A stretch of 35,225 nucleotides of DNA from Bacillota bacterium. GTDB lineage: Bacteria > Bacillota > Clostridia > Lachnospirales > Lachnospiraceae. The stretch's first letter is position 1. Each line of letters begins with the position of its first letter. The translations under genes were made by a program, and so were the position numbers. The notes beneath the pieces are model-generated. The model did not search any database, was not told the DNA's origin, and saw nothing but the letters and a program-made list of their open reading frames with translations. Below, one piece after another: positions 8,705-17,579 of the stretch. Location of the stretch: assembly GCA_023428655.1 (NCBI GenBank), contig JAEYXC010000297.1, forward strand, positions 1 through 35,225. The letters are read 5' to 3'.

Positions 8705-9682
8705 ATGAGAGATACAAGAATAGATTGCTTTAAGGGAATTCTTACCGTTCAAATGATATTAGCTCATTGCTTCCAGTTTTACAGTAATCTGGGGATGGAA
8801 AAGGGCTGGCACTTCTTGGTGGATTATATTAATCTTACCACCTTTTCCGGCTTCATCTTTGCATTTGGCTATGTCTCCTATCATTCCTATATAGAGAAAG
8901 CATTTCCTACCGCAATAAAAAAGATAATGAGAAATGTCCTCCGACTACTGGCAGCCTTTTATATTTCCAGCTTTACCTTTGTAATATTTATTGAAAAAAT
9001 GCCGTTAAGGATGGACCTAATTCTTGATATCCTGTTGCTAAGGAGGTTGGCGGGCTGGTCGGAATTCCTGATTGCTTTTGCAGGTGTATTGCTCCTTACC
9101 ATCCTATGCTGGAAGCTACTAAAGAGCCAGAACCTGAAATTCCTATGGATTATCGCAGGAGTCAGTATCCTGGTATGTTTGTTACCCCATAGTGAAGTCA
9201 AGCCAATCCTTGGAATTATAATCGGTGGTCATGGGAGTGCCTATTATCCGGTTCTACCTTATTATCTGTACTTTGTGATTGGAGTATGGTTTGTAAGAAA
9301 GAATATTAAGTTTAATTGGTATGTATTAGTGACAGCGATTTTGGGGACGGCTTATATGATTTTTGACGCACTTGTGTTATCAAAGGGCTGGCCCTCCAGA
9401 TTCCCCTTGTCCCTGGCATGGTTATTGGGTGCAATGTTATTCCTGTATGGTTATTACTTATTGTCCGGCTTGATTGGAAAAAACAGATATTTTCAATGGC
9501 TTAGTGAGATAGGAAGGTATAGCCTATCCTATTTACTCCTTAGTAATATTCTTATTTTCTCCGTTAAGCAGACTAAGTTCTTTAAAATGAGCAGTACATA
9601 CAGCCTGGGACTTTTTGTGGTTATCCTTTTCATAAGCTGGTACATAATCGGATTATCAAAAGGGAAGACGATAAAAAAATGA
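8705..9682 (+). CDS. Polytopic membrane protein, acyltransferase-3/OpgC/DUF1624-like
   Basis: N-terminal RIDCFKGILTVQMILAH resembles the 'D..RG.....M...H' motif of membrane acyltransferase-like families; about 9-10 hydrophobic segments; RBS GGAGG. Confidence 0.6.
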   Translation: MRDTRIDCFKGILTVQMILAHCFQFYSNLGMEKGWHFLVDYINLTTFSGFIFAFGYVSYHSYIEKAFPTAIKKIMRNVLRLLAAFYISSFTFVIFIEKMPLRMDLILDILLLRRLAGWSEFLIAFAGVLLLTILCWKLLKSQNLKFLWIIAGVSILVCLLPHSEVKPILGIIIGGHGSAYYPVLPYYLYFVIGVWFVRKNIKFNWYVLVTAILGTAYMIFDALVLSKGWPSRFPLSLAWLLGAMLFLYGYYLLSGLIGKNRYFQWLSEIGRYSLSYLLLSNILIFSVKQTKFFKMSSTYSLGLFVVILFISWYIIGLSKGKTIKK

Positions 9683-9755
9683 AGTAAAGTAATCCTTTTA
9701 AGGAAGCGTTAAGCAGTGCCATTAAAAGACACTGCTGCAATACGAAAGTTTAAGA

Positions 9756-9809
9756 GGGAGGAAAGAACAACCTGCTTGTAGGGGATCGGTTGTTCTTTCC
9801 TTCCTTTCT
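9756..9809. terminator. Terminator-like hairpin between convergent genes
   Basis: GGGAGGAAAGAACAACC (9756-9772) / GGTTGTTCTTTCCTTCC (9788-9804), followed by TTTCT. Confidence 0.75.
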
Positions 9810-9877
9810 ATCATGCCTTATAGCGGCCGCTTGGTAGCGTGCTGCGATTGAGAATAGGGGAAGGCTATTACCTGCGT

Positions 9878-10738
9878 TTACCGCGATCTCTTCAAAGGTA
9901 AAAGCTCATCCAGTGCCAGCTTGATATACTTATCCCATAAAACAAAGTCATGGGTATAACCCTCCGGACAGATATAATTAACCGGATAACCTAATTCCTT
10001 TAATATTTGCACATCCTTTTCGACACGATACCTTATAAATTCATCGCTGCCACAGATGATGTGAAAATTGCATACATCAATTCCGTCTTCTATATTTTTC
10101 TTTGCAACGGCTTCGATGTTGTAATGAGAAGCTTTAATCGTATCAGCCTCGCCAAAGGAGGAATTATAGAGAGGAAAGTTGTTCTTAAAATGGGTGCCGT
10201 TCAATTCTTCCATGAGTGTTTCGGTGGAAAGGGTCATGCCGATTCCGCCGGAGATGTCTACGCAGGTCCGATAAAGGGAGGGATGCATGAGAGCGGTGCC
10301 AAGAGCCACATTACCTCCCATTGCATAGCCTATGATGAAATTATCCTCCCTGTCCGGTGAGGAGGCAAAGAGGGATTGAATCACTACGGGTAGCTCTTCG
10401 GATAAAAATTTTTGGTATTTCACGCCGTACTTAGTATCAATTCCAAAGGAGTTTGCGATATTTGGAGTCACCAGCATCACATTATTTTCCTGTGCATATC
10501 GCTCGGCATTACTATATCGGTAAGTCAAGGTATCATCGTCTCCGCCACCGTGTATCAGATACACCGTCTGAAACTTCATGCCGGGATAATATACCTTTGA
10601 ACGCTTTCCTTCCACGGACAGAGGATTTGCGCTGGTATCCTGTGCATAGTAGCTATAATCATCCGTTGGATATACGATGGAGACATCAACATAATGTCCC
10701 AAGGTCTGGCTTCTAAAATTGAAACGCATATAGCTCAT
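9878..10738 (-). CDS. PF00756-type (tributyrin esterase/FrmB-like) alpha/beta hydrolase with Ser->Ala at the nucleophile
   Basis: YLIHGGG, ELPVVIQSLF, REDNFIIGYAMGG (GxSxG reads GYAMG), CGSDE, THDF. Start set at the second ATG (MSYMRFNFRS) by RBS spacing and paralog alignment. Confidence 0.85.
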   Translation of the reverse strand: MSYMRFNFRSQTLGHYVDVSIVYPTDDYSYYAQDTSANPLSVEGKRSKVYYPGMKFQTVYLIHGGGDDDTLTYRYSNAERYAQENNVMLVTPNIANSFGIDTKYGVKYQKFLSEELPVVIQSLFASSPDREDNFIIGYAMGGNVALGTALMHPSLYRTCVDISGGIGMTLSTETLMEELNGTHFKNNFPLYNSSFGEADTIKASHYNIEAVAKKNIEDGIDVCNFHIICGSDEFIRYRVEKDVQILKELGYPVNYICPEGYTHDFVLWDKYIKLALDELLPLKRSR

Positions 10739-10762
10739 AATCATTTCTTCCTTTCTGGTAAA

Positions 10763-12328
10763 CTAGTCGTTTTTCAGAGACTGCTTTCTATAATCACTCG
10801 GTGTTATGTTCTCATGTTTTTTAAACATCTGCGTAAAATGAGAAAAGTTACTGTAGCCTAATTCGGAGGCAACCATGCTGACCGGAATATTGGGATTCTC
10901 TAAGAGATCCTTTGCCGCGGCTACCTTAATTCTCATGATATAATTCTTGACATTTTCTCCGACTTCCTTTTTGAAAAGCTTCGAAAAGTACTCAGGACTT
11001 AGATGAACATAATCAGCCACATCCTTGACGGAAATATTATTGGATATATTAGCCAGAATGAATTCCTTGGCGCGCTGGACATCATCCTTGGAATCATCTG
11101 CAGAGGAAGCTGTGGCAATGGAGTTGACAATAAAGGATATTCCCTTCATTAAAGACCTCACATCCTTAAAGCTGTTCATATATTCGTTGTAGTTGTATTC
11201 ATCCGTAAACAGCTCCATTATATCGATGTTTCGCTGATAGGAAAAAACGAAAAAAAGCTTTGTCAGCTGTTGGTGGAATTCGCATAGACTATCTAAGTTA
11301 AGCCGATTGATGGAAACATTAAAATTAAGATAGGAGAAGATGTTCTCCTCCAGTAATGAAAACTGGTTATTTTCCAATAGCTTTGTCCAGCGGGCAATGT
11401 TCTCCGGTATGCTTGTTGATCCGCTCACGATAACATCCTTTTTACAGAAATACATTCCCGGCTTTTTAGCAACATTGTTTTTTAATAACTGATGACCGGC
11501 ATAGATAGTGTCGCGTATGTTAGCAAGCTGGTTTCGCGGTGTTGCATAGCAGGATAACTCGGGGCCGATGTCCTGGCATAGGGTATTATAAAAGGACGTG
11601 AAGGCCTCAGGGGTAATGATATCCAGGGAATTGCTGTTGCAAAATAATAGAACAACAAATTGCTTGTATCGATTAAGGCATACAAGCGGATAGATGGCCG
11701 GTAAATTGAAGCTCCTATAAGCACCTTCATATAAGTTGATTAAGATTGGATGATCCGAAAAGGTCGGGGATTCTGATTCGGAATACGGATAGATATCAAC
11801 AATAATTGCCTGGATATTCGATTCCTCCTTCAGAGCATACCCCATTTGATTCAGTGAATTAATGGATTGTTGCTTATTGGAGGGATTCTGTGAAAAAAGG
11901 TTAAGCACGATATTGCTGATGAACTCCATGTTATTGTAATGATTTTTTTGCCGGTCAGAAATTATTTTTGATACAGCACGCATGATAACCTCTTCGATTT
12001 CGTGGTAGGGAGCAGGCTGTATTATGTAATCAAAGCAACCAAGCCGGATGCTTTCCTTGGCATAGGTAAAGGAGGCATGTGAGGTTAGCAGTATTCGTAT
12101 TGTGGATGGATAATTCTCAAATACCCATTTACTTAAACTGAGTCCGCTTTCCCCTGGCATTTCAATATCGGACAACAGGATTGCAATATCATTTGCTTGT
12201 ATTATTTTTTTTGCATCGTGGACATTCGTTGCAGTGAAAACCTGGTCAATACCAAGTTGATCAAAATTCACACCGCTCATTATGCCCTTCAATACAGAAA
12301 TCTGATCATCAACTATTAAAAGGTTCAT
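10763..12328 (-). CDS. Two-component response regulator, YesN-like (receiver + AraC HTH)
   Basis: LLIVDD, LLSDIEMPGESGL; C-terminal VADYVHLSPEYFSKLFKKEVG...LGYSNFSHFTQMFKK. Confidence 0.93.
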   Translation of the reverse strand: MNLLIVDDQISVLKGIMSGVNFDQLGIDQVFTATNVHDAKKIIQANDIAILLSDIEMPGESGLSLSKWVFENYPSTIRILLTSHASFTYAKESIRLGCFDYIIQPAPYHEIEEVIMRAVSKIISDRQKNHYNNMEFISNIVLNLFSQNPSNKQQSINSLNQMGYALKEESNIQAIIVDIYPYSESESPTFSDHPILINLYEGAYRSFNLPAIYPLVCLNRYKQFVVLLFCNSNSLDIITPEAFTSFYNTLCQDIGPELSCYATPRNQLANIRDTIYAGHQLLKNNVAKKPGMYFCKKDVIVSGSTSIPENIARWTKLLENNQFSLLEENIFSYLNFNVSINRLNLDSLCEFHQQLTKLFFVFSYQRNIDIMELFTDEYNYNEYMNSFKDVRSLMKGISFIVNSIATASSADDSKDDVQRAKEFILANISNNISVKDVADYVHLSPEYFSKLFKKEVGENVKNYIMRIKVAAAKDLLENPNIPVSMVASELGYSNFSHFTQMFKKHENITPSDYRKQSLKND

Positions 12329-12355
12329 TTTTCTCTCCCATATTAAGTGTATTCC

Positions 12356-14086
12356 TTATCCTTCCAATGCATCCAGAAGAGGTAAATAGATCAAAGCACA
12401 TGCACCTCCGGAAGGATTGTTATAGAATGCAAATTGATAGTTCGTTTTGTAGATTAATGCGATTCGATGCTTTAGGTTTGAGATACCGACATGCTTCTTT
12501 GCAAATATGTCATTATCATTACTGTTCAGTCTCTCAAGGATTTCAGGTGCATATCCAACACCGTTATCGCTTAGATGAATCTGCATAACGGGTACGCCCT
12601 CCAATTCAGCAAGACTTATTTTTATGGTAAAAATAATTAGATTACCGGAATTTTTGCTGTATTTTGCACTGTTCTCCAAAAAGGTCTGAATTAAAAGAGA
12701 TGGCACCATATATTTATGCAACTGGGTATCAACCTGACTGTCGATTATAATAGGGGTTTCTCGATCCAGTAGAATAATATTGTAATAATCATTCACCTCT
12801 CTCAACTCCGATTCCAAGGTCACAAGCTTTAGATTGTCATGGAAAACATAACGGAGGTGATTGGAGAAGGCAATAATCATTCGTCGCATTTTCTCATATT
12901 CGCCATATTCCAGCATGTTATATAAGCTCTTTAAGCAGTTTATGAAAAAGTGTGATCGAGTTTGAGCGTAATAATATTGTAGTCTAGCATGGTCCTTTTT
13001 GAAGGCCTCCAGCTGCTTCTCATTATTTAGGGCGATCTTTTGGTCGATTAGATTTGCTAAGGCATGATTGATGTTCTGGTATTCAATAATATTACTGTCC
13101 TTATTGGCCAAAAAGGATGCGGAATCATTTTGCTCCAGATGCTTCGTGGCAGCATTAATCTGGTCAATGGGATACAGTAAAATATTATTGAATGAGTAGA
13201 ATATATAAATAATGATACCACAGGTAATGATGGTAATTAATATAAATACGGATATCGAAATTTTGGCAAATAACCACATGTAATTGGATGAGAATACATA
13301 ACAGAGGTTAATGTCCGTGTCTTCAATGGGCGAGGTCTTAACATAATAATCTGAAAAGATACGTGTTCTCTTTGTACTGCTTAGATCCTTAAGTGTTATT
13401 CCCATCCTGTCAAAATAATCATTGTTTGTCAAAATTCCTTCATCGTCAAAGAACCCATAGGAGAAGGAAGAAACATCGGAATTTTCATTATTCATCAGGT
13501 CAAATTTATTAAGATCCAGAGCGGTACAGACATATATATCCTTGACTTTTAGCGTTTTCATCAGTACGGAATGATGCTCATCCTGAAAAGCAATCCAAGT
13601 GTTGAATTGACTGGGAGCCTGCTCAAACCAGTATTCTCTCAAATTCTCCTTTAAAAGGTAAATGTAGTGGGAACCATTGGTTGAAAAAGAAGAGCCGGAT
13701 GCATACATAGAAATTCGGTTCTCCTCATTAAAAACGAAAATACACTCATAGGGGGCAACATGTCTTTTCAACATCTCTGTTACATTATACTGAAGCACAA
13801 CCTTATCCGAGTCCTTCAAGCTTTTCGTCGTTAATAATTGAAAGGAGTTGTCAGCATAGCATAGCTTTTGCATAAAGGTAGAAATGTCAGACATTTCGGA
13901 CTCGAGGGTGTATACATAAAAATCCATTGCAGAATTCGCGTTATAGGACATCTGTTCATAATTGGATTTGATAAACATAATGCAATAAAAGATTAACACT
14001 ATGGAGGTACAGGCAAACAGTGTTATAAAGTATCTAAAAAATACTTTTCGTACAGAAAAGGGAGTTTTCGATTGAAAGAATGTCAT
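12356..14086 (-). CDS. Sensor histidine kinase, YesM-like
   Basis: Two TM segments flanking an extracellular domain; H-box QTRSHFFINCL; N-box QTFLENSAKY; DNGVG; HVGISNL; RBS AGGAGG. Confidence 0.9.
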   Translation of the reverse strand: MTFFQSKTPFSVRKVFFRYFITLFACTSIVLIFYCIMFIKSNYEQMSYNANSAMDFYVYTLESEMSDISTFMQKLCYADNSFQLLTTKSLKDSDKVVLQYNVTEMLKRHVAPYECIFVFNEENRISMYASGSSFSTNGSHYIYLLKENLREYWFEQAPSQFNTWIAFQDEHHSVLMKTLKVKDIYVCTALDLNKFDLMNNENSDVSSFSYGFFDDEGILTNNDYFDRMGITLKDLSSTKRTRIFSDYYVKTSPIEDTDINLCYVFSSNYMWLFAKISISVFILITIITCGIIIYIFYSFNNILLYPIDQINAATKHLEQNDSASFLANKDSNIIEYQNINHALANLIDQKIALNNEKQLEAFKKDHARLQYYYAQTRSHFFINCLKSLYNMLEYGEYEKMRRMIIAFSNHLRYVFHDNLKLVTLESELREVNDYYNIILLDRETPIIIDSQVDTQLHKYMVPSLLIQTFLENSAKYSKNSGNLIIFTIKISLAELEGVPVMQIHLSDNGVGYAPEILERLNSNDNDIFAKKHVGISNLKHRIALIYKTNYQFAFYNNPSGGACALIYLPLLDALEG

Positions 14087-14099
14087 TGAAGTAGCCTCC

Positions 14100-14116
14100 T
14101 GTTAAAACGTTTACAT
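14100..14116 (-). promoter_or_regulatory. Candidate LacI-family operator in front of the kinase operon
   Basis: Minus strand reads ATGTAAACGTTTTAACA, a CG-centred palindrome abutting a minus-strand TATAAT (14115-14120). Confidence 0.6.
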
Positions 14117-14230
14117 TATATGGTTGAATATAATTGATAAAATAACCAATAAAATATTACGATTCAGACTAATATTAACAAATCAAACAAAAAAAGTCAA
14201 GAAATCAACAATATATAGCAGAAATATGCA

Positions 14231-14269
14231 ATGTAAACGTTTGACATTGATATTTTGAAATGAGAAAAT
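14231..14269 (+). promoter_or_regulatory. Candidate LacI-family operator overlapping the -35 box of the esterase-operon promoter
   Basis: ATGTAAACGTTTGACAT (14231-14247) contains TTGACA (14241-14246). 17 bp later is GAAAAT (14264-14269), preceded by TG (extended -10-like). Confidence 0.65.
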
Positions 14270-14302
14270 AAGCATATGAATATTTGAAAAGGAGATGGAC
14301 GT

Positions 14303-15070
14303 ATGGCCTATTTAGAACTGAATGCGTTATCCACTATTTTATGCGGCTCCTTTAGCGCAAAGGTGTATCTGCCTGAGATGGACAAGCTTATGCTCGAGGA
14401 TGAAAAGCACGAAAAAAAATATCCGGTGTTATGGCTGCTTCACAGTGAAGGAGGTTCGTCCCTGGACTGGAATAAGACGATGGCTGAGAAATGTGCAGTG
14501 GAATTCGGTATATTTATCATTGCTCCGGATGCTCAGCATACGATTTGTACCAACATGGATTACGGTCCCAACTATGAGGATTTCCTTGCGACGGAGCTGC
14601 CAGGAATCTGTAGGAACAATCTTCCGATTTCCGAGGATCCTAGACTGAACTGGATCGGAGGAGTGGGGACCGGAGCTTACGGCGCTGTGAAAGCGTCAAT
14701 CAAGCACCCGGCGGTTTTCTCGAAATGTATCGCGATGGACCCGGTATTTGATATGGTTGAAATCTGTAGAAGGGCTATGAACGGGGAGCCAATCGAGATT
14801 TTCCATAAGGAGAAATCGCTGAGGGCTGTGTTTGGTGATATAACAAAAATTGCAGGCAGTGAACATGATGTTTATGCATTAGCAGAGAGGTGTGAGGAAG
14901 GAAGTTTCTATATCACCGGTAAAAAAGGATCAAGATATGCTAAGGAAAGAGAACGCATGGCAGAGGCTTTAGCGGATCGAGCAGAATATATTGTAACCAA
15001 CGGAGAGGTAATGGATTTTAGTGAGCCGATGGTATTGAGAAGAGCAGTGGAATGGTTATGCAATAAGTAG
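14303..15070 (+). CDS. PF00756-type esterase homologue lacking catalytic Ser and His (probable pseudoenzyme, intact ORF)
   Basis: KYPVLWLLH and FLATELP show the fold. The nucleophile elbow reads WIGGVGTGAYG and there is no C-terminal H-x-W/F motif. RBS AAGGAG. Confidence 0.8.
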   Translation: MAYLELNALSTILCGSFSAKVYLPEMDKLMLEDEKHEKKYPVLWLLHSEGGSSLDWNKTMAEKCAVEFGIFIIAPDAQHTICTNMDYGPNYEDFLATELPGICRNNLPISEDPRLNWIGGVGTGAYGAVKASIKHPAVFSKCIAMDPVFDMVEICRRAMNGEPIEIFHKEKSLRAVFGDITKIAGSEHDVYALAERCEEGSFYITGKKGSRYAKERERMAEALADRAEYIVTNGEVMDFSEPMVLRRAVEWLCNK

Positions 15071-15086
15071 ATTAGGAGGAAAGAAA

Positions 15087-15896
15087 ATGGCGAATTTCAG
15101 ATTGCACTATTTTTCAGAGGCACTTCAGATGACCGTAGGAGTAAATGTGATAATCCCTGAAAACACATGGGGTCATTCTCTAGCCGACAGACCAAAGGGA
15201 TATCGTTATCCGGTTCTTTGGCTACAATCCGGTGGCGGCTTTGATTATACGGACTGGCAAAGGTATACCGCACTGGAGCTATATGCTGCAGAGGCAGGGG
15301 TTGCGGTGGTTTGTAGTGGTACCTATTGCTCCGGTTATATGGATACAAAGCATGGAGATTTTAAATATTTCACCCAGCTTTCCATTGAGACACCGAAGGT
15401 TGTAAGACATCTATTCCCTTTATCAGAGGATCCAAAGGAAAATTATATTGCCGGCTTTTCCATGGGAGGCTATGGATCACTGAAGTGGATGTTAAGAGAT
15501 CCGGAACAATTCGCAGCCTTTGGTCTTTTCTCGGGCATCAAAAATGTACCGGATATTCTTCCGGAGTTGGAAGACCGAAACGATGACTTCTATATGTTTT
15601 ATTCAGCTTTTGGGGATGCTGCAAATACAAAAAACACAGAAGATGATGTTGTCTATATGCTGAAAAAGCAAATTGAGGCCGGAAAAACATTTCCGAGGGG
15701 TTATATGGCTACGGGTGTAGAGGACTCACACTATGAGGATAATGTAGCGTTTATGGACCTTTATGAGTCCATTGGCTTAAAGTTTGACCGAGTCATTGAT
15801 CATGGTGCTCATAACTGGGAATATTGTAATCGTCATGTAAAGCTATTCCTTGACTGGCTTGATATACAAGGTACCTATCGGAGAGATTTTGAGTAG
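15087..15896 (+). CDS. PF00756-type esterase (intact triad)
   Basis: YPVLWLQSG, NYIAGFSMGGYG, GVED, GAHNW. Confidence 0.88.
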   Translation: MANFRLHYFSEALQMTVGVNVIIPENTWGHSLADRPKGYRYPVLWLQSGGGFDYTDWQRYTALELYAAEAGVAVVCSGTYCSGYMDTKHGDFKYFTQLSIETPKVVRHLFPLSEDPKENYIAGFSMGGYGSLKWMLRDPEQFAAFGLFSGIKNVPDILPELEDRNDDFYMFYSAFGDAANTKNTEDDVVYMLKKQIEAGKTFPRGYMATGVEDSHYEDNVAFMDLYESIGLKFDRVIDHGAHNWEYCNRHVKLFLDWLDIQGTYRRDFE

Positions 15897-15912
15897 AGGA
15901 GGGGAGAACAAC

Positions 15913-17430
15913 ATGGGAGACATGGTTCTAAGACCGGGATTTCCGGACGATGATAACAGAGATTACCTTCCGGAGCAATTAAAGGGCTCAGACATTGTGG
16001 TAAACGAGAATGGAAATAATTCTCAGCCATATCCGAAGAATTTGGAGGAGTATCACGGTGTTATTGCAGATGATATGGAAGATGAGTGGTATGTGTATGT
16101 ACCCGATAGCTATGATCCATCGAAAAAAACAGCCTTAGTACTATCCATGCACGGAGGGATGATGACAGGCTGGGGACAGGCTGTCTATACCTCCTGGACT
16201 CTGGCTGCTGACAGGGACGGATTTATTGTGGTATTTCCAAATGCAAGCCATAACCGATTTTGGCAGGTAAAGTGGGGGACCTGGGAAATTGATCCTGACA
16301 AACGAACACCGGGTACCATGGAAGGAGAGCCGCAAGGAGTAAAAGCCTGCCCGGAAAACGTGGAAGATAATCATGATATTAAGCTAGCAATAGGACTTAT
16401 TGAACGAATGAAGGAGACATATAACATCGACGAGGGAAGGATCTTTATGCAGGGGATGTCCATGGGAAATATGATGACGGATTTATTCGCCAGAAGCTTT
16501 GGTAATCTTCTTGCAGGGGCAGCTGGCTCCGGAGCCGCGGCTTTTTTATCCCTTATCTTTAGTAAGGATGAAAGGATAATTAATAAGGGCGGACCCCTCG
16601 CTATCTGGCAGTCAAGACCGGAGTTAAATGACATTCCACCAGGAAGGGACCTTGAAAAAAGGGTACATAAATACAACCGACTGTATTGGATGAGGATCAA
16701 TGAATGTGAATTGCTTCCCCAGATTACGATACAGGGTGAGAATAATTTGGCCTTTTATAAAGGAAGAAAGGCAGATCTGGTCTATCTGGATATTAAGAAT
16801 AGGGATCATGGTCAGACCTTCGATGATGCTGCACTGGTATGGGATTATTTATTCTCCGGTATTCGCAGAGAGCCTGACGGAACTATTATATGTACAGAAC
16901 CGGTTAAGGCAAGAAAGGGAGACGCCTTTGCCTTTGCAGTGACAACGGGCAGTGCTAAGGTGTGGATCAGAAACAGCATACAGGAAATGTCGGGGGAGAC
17001 TCTTTTGTGGAGAAAGATGAAGTATCACGGACTGGAGGGTGGACAGCGAATTCGAGGCGAGTATCATATGGTACCACTATCCTTTTTAGCGAAAACCTTT
17101 GATGCAGAGCTTCAATATACTGAGGATAAGCTTGTAGCTAAGGTAACCTTGCAAGATGGCAGAGGTCTTCAGTTTGCAAGAGCCAGCATTGGTTGCATCA
17201 TCGATAATTCTTTGACACAGATGTACTGCGAAGCCTTGCATCGTGGTGATGAGCTCTATGTATCCGTTGAGTGGTTCTCTGAATATCTATTTAACCTGCA
17301 TGTCTCAATCTGCGAAGAGGTTGTGTATGTAACAGACCATATAAATAAGCTATCTGCTAACATGGCCGACCTTATTAGAGATCTGCTCACGGACAATATG
17401 GTTCCGGAGAATTACGAAGCAATGCTCTAA
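15913..17430 (+). CDS. PHB-depolymerase/LpqC-like esterase fused to copper-amine-oxidase N-terminal-like domain (paralog 1)
   Basis: YVYVPDSY..LVLSMHG, DGFIVVFPNA, YNIDEGRIFMQGMSMG, NRDHG; C-terminal MVPLSFLAKTF repeat-like domain. Start moved to ATG 15913 after GGAGG. Confidence 0.82.
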   Translation: MGDMVLRPGFPDDDNRDYLPEQLKGSDIVVNENGNNSQPYPKNLEEYHGVIADDMEDEWYVYVPDSYDPSKKTALVLSMHGGMMTGWGQAVYTSWTLAADRDGFIVVFPNASHNRFWQVKWGTWEIDPDKRTPGTMEGEPQGVKACPENVEDNHDIKLAIGLIERMKETYNIDEGRIFMQGMSMGNMMTDLFARSFGNLLAGAAGSGAAAFLSLIFSKDERIINKGGPLAIWQSRPELNDIPPGRDLEKRVHKYNRLYWMRINECELLPQITIQGENNLAFYKGRKADLVYLDIKNRDHGQTFDDAALVWDYLFSGIRREPDGTIICTEPVKARKGDAFAFAVTTGSAKVWIRNSIQEMSGETLLWRKMKYHGLEGGQRIRGEYHMVPLSFLAKTFDAELQYTEDKLVAKVTLQDGRGLQFARASIGCIIDNSLTQMYCEALHRGDELYVSVEWFSEYLFNLHVSICEEVVYVTDHINKLSANMADLIRDLLTDNMVPENYEAML

Positions 17431-17579
17431 ATGTAAAAGTGTTAACTTTAACCCAAAGCAGTAAATTAAGCTACATAAAATTCGGTTTGAATAGCGATGC
17501 AATCTTCGATTAAATAAGCTGCGCAATCTTCAATAGCAATAGGAAGGTGCATAAGTAATGTACCGGAATGGAGGTAACA

